From a virus: a stretch of DNA of 64,000 bases. The notes below the pieces were generated by a model. It saw nothing but the letters and a program-made list of their open reading frames with translations, did no database searches and was not told where the DNA came from. Where the stretch lies: IMG/VR virus record IMGVR_UViG_3300021185_001461, positions 57,229 through 121,228 of that record; one strand, 5' to 3'. Position 1 is the first letter of the stretch. Each line of letters begins with the position of its first letter. Both the position numbers and the translations under genes were made by a program. Of the stretch, positions 17,574 to 26,466 are shown one piece after another.

Positions 17574-18596
17574 TTAAGTTGTTAGTCCTGTATAAATGTC
17601 TACTAGTATTTGTTTCTTAATAGTATCGCTTTGTACTGATTCAAGCTGCGATAATACAATAGTGTCTACATTTTCTACTTGAATGTCTACACCTTTATTC
17701 CAGTCTTGTGTGTGTTCTTCTTTTTTACTTGGCATAAGATTAATCTCACGCAAGTCATATTGTTTAGCAAATGTTTCTTTAATAAAGTTTGCTTCTTCGT
17801 ATGTAATACCAACATCCAAACTAACACGAGCATGTGTTTTATTACCCAAGTATTTGTCTGGATTATCAATTAGTTTACTTAATGTCAGTGTTCGATACTT
17901 TGGTGCATCTGGCCATGCCAAATATTCAATAGTACCATCCCAATCTAAAAATGTACAACCTCTGTCATCGTCCCATGCATCAGCATAGTTATGTGGGAAA
18001 CAGTTTCCTGGGTAAATTACATTACCACGTTTTTGTCTTTTGTGAAAGTGTCCACTAAACACCATTTCGGGTTTTGCTAAGTCTTCTGCTTTTAATCCAC
18101 CATGGTCTGGCATTTGTACAAGAGCATTCATATAAAATTGTGGTAACTCAAAGTGACCAAACATAAATTTACATTCAACTTCTTTTAGTTTCTTCCACTC
18201 GTCATCACATAGCCAAGGAATAAATGCAACACCATCTTCAATAAACATGTCTTTGTTTATCATACGCAATTTAGGAAAATCTTCAATCATTGATAAACTG
18301 TGTATCTCACGCTTTTCTCTATAATATAGATCGTGATTACCAGTAATCATAATAACTTCATCAAAGCTATCATTTAGTCTGCGTAAATTACTTGTGGTAT
18401 AGTTTAGGGTACTAACATTAATACTTGCACGATTGTGATGCCAATCACCTAAGAAGAAACATTTTTTAATGCCTCGCTTATGTGCTTCGTCAATCATCCA
18501 TATAATAAAATCTTCACAATCCTGATTGTGATATCTACTGTTATTCTTCATGCCGAAGTGTATATCAGTAAAAATTACTGCCTTATCAAAAAACAT
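17574..18596 (-). CDS. gp47: recombination endonuclease nuclease subunit (gp47/Mre11/SbcD-like)
   Basis: Metallophosphoesterase motifs DIHFG, LGDW, GNHD, GHF, SGHFH. Confidence 0.95.
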   Translation of the reverse strand: MFFDKAVIFTDIHFGMKNNSRYHNQDCEDFIIWMIDEAHKRGIKKCFFLGDWHHNRASINVSTLNYTTSNLRRLNDSFDEVIMITGNHDLYYREKREIHSLSMIEDFPKLRMINKDMFIEDGVAFIPWLCDDEWKKLKEVECKFMFGHFELPQFYMNALVQMPDHGGLKAEDLAKPEMVFSGHFHKRQKRGNVIYPGNCFPHNYADAWDDDRGCTFLDWDGTIEYLAWPDAPKYRTLTLSKLIDNPDKYLGNKTHARVSLDVGITYEEANFIKETFAKQYDLREINLMPSKKEEHTQDWNKGVDIQVENVDTIVLSQLESVQSDTIKKQILVDIYTGLTT

Positions 18597-19514
18597 TTAT
18601 TCTCCAGTTTCTTCAGTATCTAAATCTGATGTATCATAAGTCGTTACTTTTAATGTAGGGTTGTTTAATTTTTTCTGTGCTTCATTTCTAATATGAGCTT
18701 CCCACTCTGCATTAAATGTTCGTGTGCTACTTGGATTTAATCCTTCTTCTTCTAGTAAATCGTCTCTAATATTTTGACTACGTTTTTCTAAATTTAAAAC
18801 TCTTGTAAAACTATTGTTAATTGCCGCAGTATAATATGCAAATGGATTCTGTGATTTAAGTTCATTAAACTGTAATCCAATTTGTGCTAGTTGCAATAAT
18901 GCTTGTCCACGCATCTCGTCTACATATGTGTAACCTCTCCAGTTACCACGCATGCTATAACGTTCGCATAGTTTAATATACATTTTTGCTAACATGTCCG
19001 TTGTTTGTCCATGATGAACATTAAAATGTCCATTATCTTTACCACCGTCCCAATGACTACGTGCTACTTCTGTCCAATCACCCTCAATTACAGCATAGTG
19101 CTTAAAAGGAGGAAAGTTACATTTGGAATGTAAGTCAGCTTCTGTTTTTGGTTTGTTTTTTCTATTTTCTTCTGGAATATGGTCAAATGTCATTACCCTT
19201 ACTACAATGTCATCATCATTAATAGTTTCAACATCAACGGCAAAATCAGCAGCTCTTGGCTTAGTTTTTTTACCTGTTAATCCTTGTTCCCATCGAGCTA
19301 CTTCTGCCTGATGTGCTATTTTTTGTAGTCTTGTTGCACGGTTTTGTTTTGCCTCTGCAACTGCTTCAGGGGTAATCTCATCAAATCCAGTTACGATCAA
19401 ATCGTAATGCGTATAGTTTTCGTCTCTACTCCAACAATACGTCATTTTACTGTTATGTATTTCTCTTAACAAATCTTTGTTTGTTAAGTAAAAATTCTTC
19501 TTTGGTTTATTCAT
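18597..19514 (-). CDS. gp55: late-transcription sigma factor (gp55-like)
   Basis: YLTNKDLL, NWRGYTYVDEM, NPFAYYT; gp55-gp47-gp46 gene order. Confidence 0.88.
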   Translation of the reverse strand: MNKPKKNFYLTNKDLLREIHNSKMTYCWSRDENYTHYDLIVTGFDEITPEAVAEAKQNRATRLQKIAHQAEVARWEQGLTGKKTKPRAADFAVDVETINDDDIVVRVMTFDHIPEENRKNKPKTEADLHSKCNFPPFKHYAVIEGDWTEVARSHWDGGKDNGHFNVHHGQTTDMLAKMYIKLCERYSMRGNWRGYTYVDEMRGQALLQLAQIGLQFNELKSQNPFAYYTAAINNSFTRVLNLEKRSQNIRDDLLEEEGLNPSSTRTFNAEWEAHIRNEAQKKLNNPTLKVTTYDTSDLDTEETGE

Positions 19515-19542
19515 ATTTGAGATTTTCCTTTATGTAGTTAGT

Positions 19543-19572
19543 ATTATACGGCATAAGTTGTGGTAGTGTCAA
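19543..19572 (-). promoter_or_regulatory. sigma70 promoter for the gp55-47-46 operon
   Basis: TTGACA-18nt-TATAAT. Confidence 0.75.
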
Positions 19573-19616
19573 CCGGTTTTTTTAATTTGATAAATACTAC
19601 GAACGGAGAAGTAATT

Positions 19617-20228
19617 ATGTTAATTGAACATGTTTTAAAAGAGGGAGTTGACAACATAGCTGTATTTTACGGCGGTCGTTTCCAACCTATGCACCAAGGA
19701 CATCACGATGTTTATAAACATCTGGTTCAAAAGTTTGGTGCGGATAATGTATTTATCGCCACAACATTTAGTCAAAAAGCAGTCAAGGCCCATTCGCAGG
19801 GCGACTACAGTAGCGATCCTTTTACATTTGATGAAAAGGCAAGCATTATGAGTAAGATGTTTAATATACCAGGAGATAAAATTATCAAAACAAATCCATA
19901 CAGACCAGATATGGATGCTGCTGGTAGAGACCCAAATACTACTGCACAAATACTTGTATACGGTGAAAAAGATGCAAATAGACTTGCTACAGGTGGTGAA
20001 GGGTTCTTACATAAGTTACCAAATGATATGAATGAATTAATTCCAACTGCACAAGAAAGAGGTTACGTATACGTAGCACCTCTTATGCAAGGTGGAATGA
20101 GTGCAAGCGACTTTCGTGCAACTATGTCAAGCGAAGGCGAAGAAGAAGCTAAAAAACAAGCATTTACTAAGTTTTTTGGCAAATACAATGAACAGATTTT
20201 TAAATTCATAGAAGAGAGGTTAACATAA
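19617..20228 (+). CDS. cytidylyltransferase-like (HxGH) nucleotidyltransferase
   Basis: YGGRFQPMHQGH and C-terminal MSASDFR; ATG at 19617 with GGAG RBS; late box GATAAATA at 19589. Confidence 0.8.
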   Translation: MLIEHVLKEGVDNIAVFYGGRFQPMHQGHHDVYKHLVQKFGADNVFIATTFSQKAVKAHSQGDYSSDPFTFDEKASIMSKMFNIPGDKIIKTNPYRPDMDAAGRDPNTTAQILVYGEKDANRLATGGEGFLHKLPNDMNELIPTAQERGYVYVAPLMQGGMSASDFRATMSSEGEEEAKKQAFTKFFGKYNEQIFKFIEERLT

Positions 20229-20845
20229 TGGCAGGCGTAACAAATAAAGCAAAATTAGTATTAAAAGAAAAAGGTAAACCTTTTTTTACATTTGGATTAC
20301 TTAACCCCTTAACACAAGATGGTGGTGTAGTGTTTCCACTAACGCCAACTATTCAAATGTCTCACAGTGCAAACTATGGAACATATGATGTAGCTGGTTC
20401 AATTTATCAACAGAATTACTACATGAATACACCAAACCCTCCAATGTCAGTAACTGCATTATTTCCTGCTAACACAGAAGAAGAAGCAAGATACGCCGCT
20501 GCTGCTATACATTTTTTTAGAGTTTGTACAAAATCAGACTTTGGATCACAAGCAGGACCAACTGCAGGTACTCCACCACCAATACTAAAATTTAGTGCAT
20601 ATGGTAGTGTACATGCAACTAATATTCCAGTTGTGATTAGAAACTTTACATATACATTACCAGAAGACACAGATTATGTGGAGTTTGAACAGAACGGCGA
20701 AATGCATTCAGTACCTACACTATCATTGTTATCGGTTGAATTAGTTCCACAACTTCCACCAAAAGCAGTTAAAGATAATTTTAACATACGAACTTTTGCA
20801 AGTGGAACTTTAATGAAGGGTGGCAACTCGGGAGGATTTATTTAA
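20228..20845 (+). CDS. tail tube initiator / baseplate protein (gp48/gp54-like)
   Basis: FPLTPTI, GTPPPILKFSAYG, PVVI..F; precedes the gp53-like gene. Confidence 0.7.
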   Translation: MAGVTNKAKLVLKEKGKPFFTFGLLNPLTQDGGVVFPLTPTIQMSHSANYGTYDVAGSIYQQNYYMNTPNPPMSVTALFPANTEEEARYAAAAIHFFRVCTKSDFGSQAGPTAGTPPPILKFSAYGSVHATNIPVVIRNFTYTLPEDTDYVEFEQNGEMHSVPTLSLLSVELVPQLPPKAVKDNFNIRTFASGTLMKGGNSGGFI

Positions 20846-21129
20846 TGGCAACATACAGAACAGATAGTTTATACAGAGATACAAAAATTACTAACAATCA
20901 ATATTTAGATGAGCTTACTATTGATAATATTGATGTAAAAAATACAACAACTAAAACTATGACATTAAACGAAAAATATGATGAAAAACCTGATTTGTTA
21001 GCATATGATTTATATGGTAACGCAAAACTATGGTGGGTGTTTGCAATATTTAATCAAGACGAATTAGCTGATCCAATTTTAGATTTTAAAGCAGGGTTAA
21101 AAATTAAAGTTCCTGCAAGGTTCTCATAA
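20845..21129 (+). CDS. gp53: baseplate wedge LysM-like protein (gp53-like)
   Basis: KPDLLAYDLYGNAKLWWVF motif. Confidence 0.85.
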   Translation: MATYRTDSLYRDTKITNNQYLDELTIDNIDVKNTTTKTMTLNEKYDEKPDLLAYDLYGNAKLWWVFAIFNQDELADPILDFKAGLKIKVPARFS

Positions 21130-21130
21130 C

Positions 21131-23539
21131 ATGTCAAGTAACGGCACACTTGCGGATAGAAACAACAATCCAGGAAACATTAGAACAAGCGGAGACAACT
21201 GGCAAGGCAGCAGTGGCGAGAATGGTGGCTTTGTTAATTTTACTCATGCCGAGTACGGTGTACGAGCAGTTGCAAAGAATTTATACACAAGTCAAGAAAA
21301 ACATGGAAATAATTCAGTAGCAGCCATTATTAGTCGTTGGGCACCACCAGGTGAAAATCCCACAGATGCATACATAAGCAAAGTAGCAAAAGATTTGGGT
21401 GTCGGTGCATATGATGACTTAGGCAGTTTACGAGATAATCCACAACTAACCGCAGACCTAATAACGTCAATGGCAGATATGGAAGGTGCTAGTACAGGAC
21501 CTAATGGAAAATTCACCGACGAAGTTGTTGTACAAGGTGTTGCTATGGCAAATGGTACACCTGCATCAGAGATTACATTTGCAGAACAGCCTACAGATTT
21601 TGATGACAGTCAATATGGATATGAGCAAGCATCGGGAGTTGACCAACTCTATGCAGAAAATGTAGAAGTAGCAGATGTTCAAAGAACAATAGACTTAGCC
21701 CAGTTAGATAGTACAGTTACACCAAATTGGTTAAGCACAGTAGATAGTCCAACATACAGATGGACATTATATCTTGTAAACAATAAAATTTGGGATAATC
21801 CAAATTTAATTGGCAACGACGATGCCGCATTAAATAATTCCCAAGCATTTATTATTGCTAAACAAGGTGCTGAAAGTGAATTCAGTGTAGATAACTTTTT
21901 ATCTCTTGCAAGAATCACGCCAGGTCAGCGACATGGTAATACTACACCGGGTGTAATTCAATTTGATTTATTTGAAAGTTTAGGATTTACATTCATGGAT
22001 AAAGTGTTAACTGCTGGTAAGTCTCTCGGCAAGCCTGCTAATCTATACTCACAAAACTTTATATTAAAATTAGAATTTTTAGGAAGAGATCCAGTTACTT
22101 CCGGAAGTGTTCCTTTTCCTGGTGTATTTTTATACCCAGTTAAGTTTAATCAAATTAGAAGTCAAACTGGACCAGAAGGAACAAGATATAATATTATTGC
22201 ATGGTCAAATCTTAAACATGCACAAACAGAATCAGTTACACATACAGATGTAACCGTAGAAAATTTTACAACAATACAAGAATATGCTTCGTCAGTAGAA
22301 ACCTCAATTAACCAATCCGAAATTGATGCTATGTCTGCCGAAGCAAAACAAATGAGCTTAATACCACCAAGGCAAATTAAAATATTATTTGATCCTAACA
22401 GTGCATTAGCACAACCAAGAGACGATGATAGAAAAATAGACGGCAACCATTTGAGAAATTTTAACTTGGCTGTTAAAGCATGGGCAGGAACAACTGACAC
22501 TGCAAGCAGTAATAGAACAGGAGCTAATCCACATGATGCTGATACAAATGTCATTACAATTGAACGAGAAACTGGAATAGGACCAAAACTAGCACAAGAC
22601 ATAAAAAACAATTGCCCAGCATGGGATGAATGGGTATTAGAGGCAACAAAGTATGGATACACACCAAATATAGTAGTTGATCCTGTAATATCATATCCCG
22701 AGATAAAACAAAATCACCAATTGTATGGAAATGTAGAACCAGTATTAATTACATATATTATTAAAATTAATATGAATAGAACAACCTTTCCTGGTAGTAT
22801 TTCTGAAGGAAATGAAAATTTAGTTGATTCGGAATATCAAGTAAACAGATTTAAAACACTAGCAATTGAAAAAAGCTATTCTTATCTCTACACAGGAGTA
22901 AATACAGAAGTAATAAACTTTCAATTAGATGTACAAAATTTATTCTTTGTAATAGATCAACCAGGATCAGGAACATTTGTAGCAGGCAGAACCTCAGAAG
23001 GTAAACAACAGTTTTCACCTGCTGAAATATCTGATTCATTATTTTTATCAGATATAAAACAATCATCAGTTGAACTAGGATATTTTAATCCAGTGCTTGG
23101 TGGTGTTGCAAAAGCAGACTCAGGACCAGAAGCACAGGTAAATGAATATACATACAATACAAATTCAGCAATAGCACGTAGATTACAAGATATGGCTAAA
23201 AGAGAATATGACTCATTGAATTTTACTATGGAAATTAAAGGTGACCCGCATTGGATGGGTAACATGCAAGCAACTATTTTAGGTAAGTTAGAAACACCAG
23301 ATTATTCAGTACAAGATGGACTAATAACATTCTTACAGTTTAATCCCAATGCTGACAAATTATTACAAGAACAAGTCAAGGGAGAAATAGACCCAATAAG
23401 TACAGGAGTATACAAATTAACCAGTGTAGAAAGTAGATTTCAAAATGGTCGATTTACACAACAATTAAATGGTATTAAAGATGTTAATTCAAATACAGCT
23501 TTACTACTTCCAAAAATAATAGAACTATCAGGAGAATAA
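21131..23539 (+). CDS. baseplate hub protein with N-terminal lysozyme-like domain
   Basis: N-terminal RNNNPGNIR...II.RWAP..EN.T..Y domain; C-terminal IKGDPHW and GVYK...V...F..G.FTQ.L hub motifs. Confidence 0.7.
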   Translation: MSSNGTLADRNNNPGNIRTSGDNWQGSSGENGGFVNFTHAEYGVRAVAKNLYTSQEKHGNNSVAAIISRWAPPGENPTDAYISKVAKDLGVGAYDDLGSLRDNPQLTADLITSMADMEGASTGPNGKFTDEVVVQGVAMANGTPASEITFAEQPTDFDDSQYGYEQASGVDQLYAENVEVADVQRTIDLAQLDSTVTPNWLSTVDSPTYRWTLYLVNNKIWDNPNLIGNDDAALNNSQAFIIAKQGAESEFSVDNFLSLARITPGQRHGNTTPGVIQFDLFESLGFTFMDKVLTAGKSLGKPANLYSQNFILKLEFLGRDPVTSGSVPFPGVFLYPVKFNQIRSQTGPEGTRYNIIAWSNLKHAQTESVTHTDVTVENFTTIQEYASSVETSINQSEIDAMSAEAKQMSLIPPRQIKILFDPNSALAQPRDDDRKIDGNHLRNFNLAVKAWAGTTDTASSNRTGANPHDADTNVITIERETGIGPKLAQDIKNNCPAWDEWVLEATKYGYTPNIVVDPVISYPEIKQNHQLYGNVEPVLITYIIKINMNRTTFPGSISEGNENLVDSEYQVNRFKTLAIEKSYSYLYTGVNTEVINFQLDVQNLFFVIDQPGSGTFVAGRTSEGKQQFSPAEISDSLFLSDIKQSSVELGYFNPVLGGVAKADSGPEAQVNEYTYNTNSAIARRLQDMAKREYDSLNFTMEIKGDPHWMGNMQATILGKLETPDYSVQDGLITFLQFNPNADKLLQEQVKGEIDPISTGVYKLTSVESRFQNGRFTQQLNGIKDVNSNTALLLPKIIELSGE

Positions 23540-23540
23540 T

Positions 23541-24746
23541 ATGGCATTAATGAAACACGACGGTGTACACGTTTCGAGACGAGGAACACAACATAACCAA
23601 TCGAGTATTAACACACTCAGTGGAATATATGTTGGCGAAGTAATAGACAATACTGATAGTTTATACACAGGTAGAATAACTGTACGCATATCTGAATTTG
23701 GTTCAAAAGATTCAACAAGAGTATGTTTATTGGCTACACCATATGGTGGGCACACAAAAATACAAGACAGTGGAGATGATGAAACAAAAGAAGCACAAGC
23801 ACCAACAAGTTATGGATTGTGGCCACAACCGCCAGAAGTAGGAACAAATGTTGTTATAGCATACACTGGTAGTATCGAACAAGGTATTGTAATGGGGTCG
23901 TTAATTGCAAAAGATAGAAATGCAATGATGGGTGGTAGAGCAAGTGGACAAGTATATACAGATGACGGCACTTCTTGTGGACCAGCAGTAGAAAAAAATG
24001 CAAAGGATACAAACGATGCTGATACTAAACCAGTAGATGAGTATTTTCAATCAGTGTTAAATCAGCAAGGTCTAAGTTTAGATTATGTTAGAGGACACAG
24101 TCAAAGTAGTGCTAGGAGAGAGTCGCCAAGTAAGGTATTTGGTATTACAACACGTCAAGGACATGTACTTACATTAGATGACGGCGATAGTAACAATTCT
24201 AGTAACAATATTAGATTGCGAACTAAAAGTGGTGCCCAACTTTTAATGGATGACAGTAATGGTTTTGTTTTTATTACAAACCAGTCAGGCGATGCTTGGA
24301 TCGAAATGGACTTTGCAGGTCACATAGATGTTTATAGTAAAGCAGGTATCAGTATGCACACTGAAGGTGATTATAACGTACATGCCAAAGGCAGTATTAA
24401 CATGCAAGCAGAAATAGGTGTAAACATAAAAAGCACAGGCGGTGATGGAATAAAATTAGAAACAACACAAGGTGCAATTGATGTATATAGTGCATTAGAT
24501 ATGAACTTGCAATCAGCTACTAATTATAATTTACTAGTAGAAGGTAATCAAGTTATTACTGGTACACAAATAGATATGAACCCATCAAAAGAAGCAGCGC
24601 CGGCAACAAAAACTCCAATACAAAATCAAATATCAAACACTAACATAAAAACAAGTACTGCAAGTAGAGTACCAGAAAAACATCCGTGGCAAGGAGTAAG
24701 CGGCGTAGAAGAAACATTTACATCAGGTAAAGGAAATATTTTATAA
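23541..24746 (+). CDS. gp5: baseplate central spike (gp5/VgrG-like)
   Basis: OB-fold G.VIDN.D....GR..V, SYG.W..PP.VG, then beta-helix repeats. Confidence 0.8.
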   Translation: MALMKHDGVHVSRRGTQHNQSSINTLSGIYVGEVIDNTDSLYTGRITVRISEFGSKDSTRVCLLATPYGGHTKIQDSGDDETKEAQAPTSYGLWPQPPEVGTNVVIAYTGSIEQGIVMGSLIAKDRNAMMGGRASGQVYTDDGTSCGPAVEKNAKDTNDADTKPVDEYFQSVLNQQGLSLDYVRGHSQSSARRESPSKVFGITTRQGHVLTLDDGDSNNSSNNIRLRTKSGAQLLMDDSNGFVFITNQSGDAWIEMDFAGHIDVYSKAGISMHTEGDYNVHAKGSINMQAEIGVNIKSTGGDGIKLETTQGAIDVYSALDMNLQSATNYNLLVEGNQVITGTQIDMNPSKEAAPATKTPIQNQISNTNIKTSTASRVPEKHPWQGVSGVEETFTSGKGNIL

Positions 24747-25453
24747 TGCCAAGTTTTAATTTACAATCAACAGTTGATAGTAAAAATCTTATAGATTATA
24801 GTTTGTTTACTGTAATTGATAGCGATGCAGTGAATACTCTTATACCCTTGTCTGAACTTGAAGCAAGCGATAAATTAATTAATGCTAAAATAAGAAGCAT
24901 TAAATGGCTTGGGTACAATAAAAATTCAGTTATTGGATATAAAAGAACTGTAGGATTAAACGGCAATGGCTTAACAGAAGCTGAAGCATATACAATTTGG
25001 ATAGAAGAATTCAAAGACAAAGAAAGAGCGTTTAAAAAACAATTTCCATTAACTTCGTTAACACAAACACAATATGATGCTATGTTAAGTTTGTATGCAG
25101 ACACAGGAACATTTTCACGTGTAGGCAAAGCAACAAGACAATTTGAAATATTTGATTTTGTCACAGATAAAAAATGGGATTATGTAGCAACTGCATTAAC
25201 ACTAAGTGGTGCCGACAGACTTAACCGACAAGTAGATGCAAAAATATTAATGCTTGGAGATTACGGAACATACAGAGATAGAAGTTACATTAAAGAAGAT
25301 GGCATACAAGAACTTTTAAAAGAATACATTACTAACCAAATGAATGACGAACAAAGAAGTCAAGCAGAATATGTTTATTATGCAGAAACAAAAAGATTCT
25401 TGCCAAACATGACTGAGAGTAGAAAAAGGCTTTTAGCAAAACAACTCAGTTAA
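24746..25453 (+). CDS. degenerate phage-lysozyme-like baseplate protein
   Basis: IGY...GLTEAEA and LTQTQYDAMLSL resemble GH24 lysozymes; catalytic motif not evident. Confidence 0.55.
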   Translation: MPSFNLQSTVDSKNLIDYSLFTVIDSDAVNTLIPLSELEASDKLINAKIRSIKWLGYNKNSVIGYKRTVGLNGNGLTEAEAYTIWIEEFKDKERAFKKQFPLTSLTQTQYDAMLSLYADTGTFSRVGKATRQFEIFDFVTDKKWDYVATALTLSGADRLNRQVDAKILMLGDYGTYRDRSYIKEDGIQELLKEYITNQMNDEQRSQAEYVYYAETKRFLPNMTESRKRLLAKQLS

Positions 25454-25501
25454 CTCATTACAAAATAATTTAAATACTATTATAATGCAAGGAAAATAAA
25501 C

Positions 25502-26056
25502 TTGAATAAAAGCGTTTTACTACTTAATGCTGATGGGCAACCATTATCACAAATGCCACTTAGCACAGTCAGTTGGCAAGATGCAATTAAGGCCATGTGG
25601 TCGGAAAAAGTACACGTAATTAAAAATTATGATGATGAGTTTCTCCGGTCACCAACAGTAACTATTCCATACCCAAGCATTATTATGCTTAACACTTATC
25701 ACAAGCAACCCTCCAAAGCAAAATTCACTCGTAGAAATTTATATGTCAGAGACAAATACTGTTGCCAATACTGTGGCGACAGGTTTGTTTACAATGACTT
25801 AACAATTGATCATGTTATTCCAAAGTCAAAAGGTGGAAGACTAACATGGGAAAACAGTGTTACTGCTTGTGGTCCATGCAATGTAAAGAAAGGCGATAGC
25901 TTATATCCTTTACCTATGCAACGACCAACACACCCTTCGTGGTACCAAATAAACTATGCTTACCAGCATCATACACTAATAATACCCGATGCAGCTTGGC
26001 AAAAGTACATACATTGGCAAGAAGATAAGCTAATTATAGAACCATTATCTACTTAG
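25502..26056 (+). CDS. HNH endonuclease (McrA-like)
   Basis: VLLLNAD, RDKYCCQYCG, LTIDHVIPKSKGG, WEN.VTAC..CN..KG. Confidence 0.92.
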   Translation: MNKSVLLLNADGQPLSQMPLSTVSWQDAIKAMWSEKVHVIKNYDDEFLRSPTVTIPYPSIIMLNTYHKQPSKAKFTRRNLYVRDKYCCQYCGDRFVYNDLTIDHVIPKSKGGRLTWENSVTACGPCNVKKGDSLYPLPMQRPTHPSWYQINYAYQHHTLIIPDAAWQKYIHWQEDKLIIEPLST

Positions 26057-26080
26057 TTAATCTTTTGCATAAATAGTTGT

Positions 26081-26464
26081 ATGAGCAATATATTTGGATA
26101 TACAACAATTAACGAATCTTACACAAGTAAAAATCTGAGTGGCTTAGAATTAGCCAAACAGGATCTAATAAACCATTTTCATATACGTAAAGGAGAGAAA
26201 TGGACAGACCCTACGTTTGGGTGTGACTTGCCTCTTTATATATTTGAACCACTAGATCAATCAACTCAAGACGACATTAATCAAGAAGTTTATAGGGTAA
26301 TAAGTTACGATCCTAGATTTCAAATAGTTGACACAAATATAAGAGTCGTGCAAGAAGCACACTCAGTAACAGTTAATGTAAAATTAAATTACTTACCAAC
26401 AACAACTGCAACCGACTTGCAGATCAAATTCGATAGAGAATTTATAGAAAACGCAGAGTTTTAA
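26081..26464 (+). CDS. gp25: baseplate wedge protein (gp25-like)
   Basis: RKGEK...P.FG.....IFEP and YDPR motifs. Confidence 0.88.
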   Translation: MSNIFGYTTINESYTSKNLSGLELAKQDLINHFHIRKGEKWTDPTFGCDLPLYIFEPLDQSTQDDINQEVYRVISYDPRFQIVDTNIRVVQEAHSVTVNVKLNYLPTTTATDLQIKFDREFIENAEF

Positions 26465-26466
26465 TT

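Noticed and set aside
25502-26056. HNH gene as part of an RNA-guided system or intron
   Set aside because: The flanks are only about 50 and 25 bp, leaving no room for a structured RNA; it is an ordinary McrA-like HNH.
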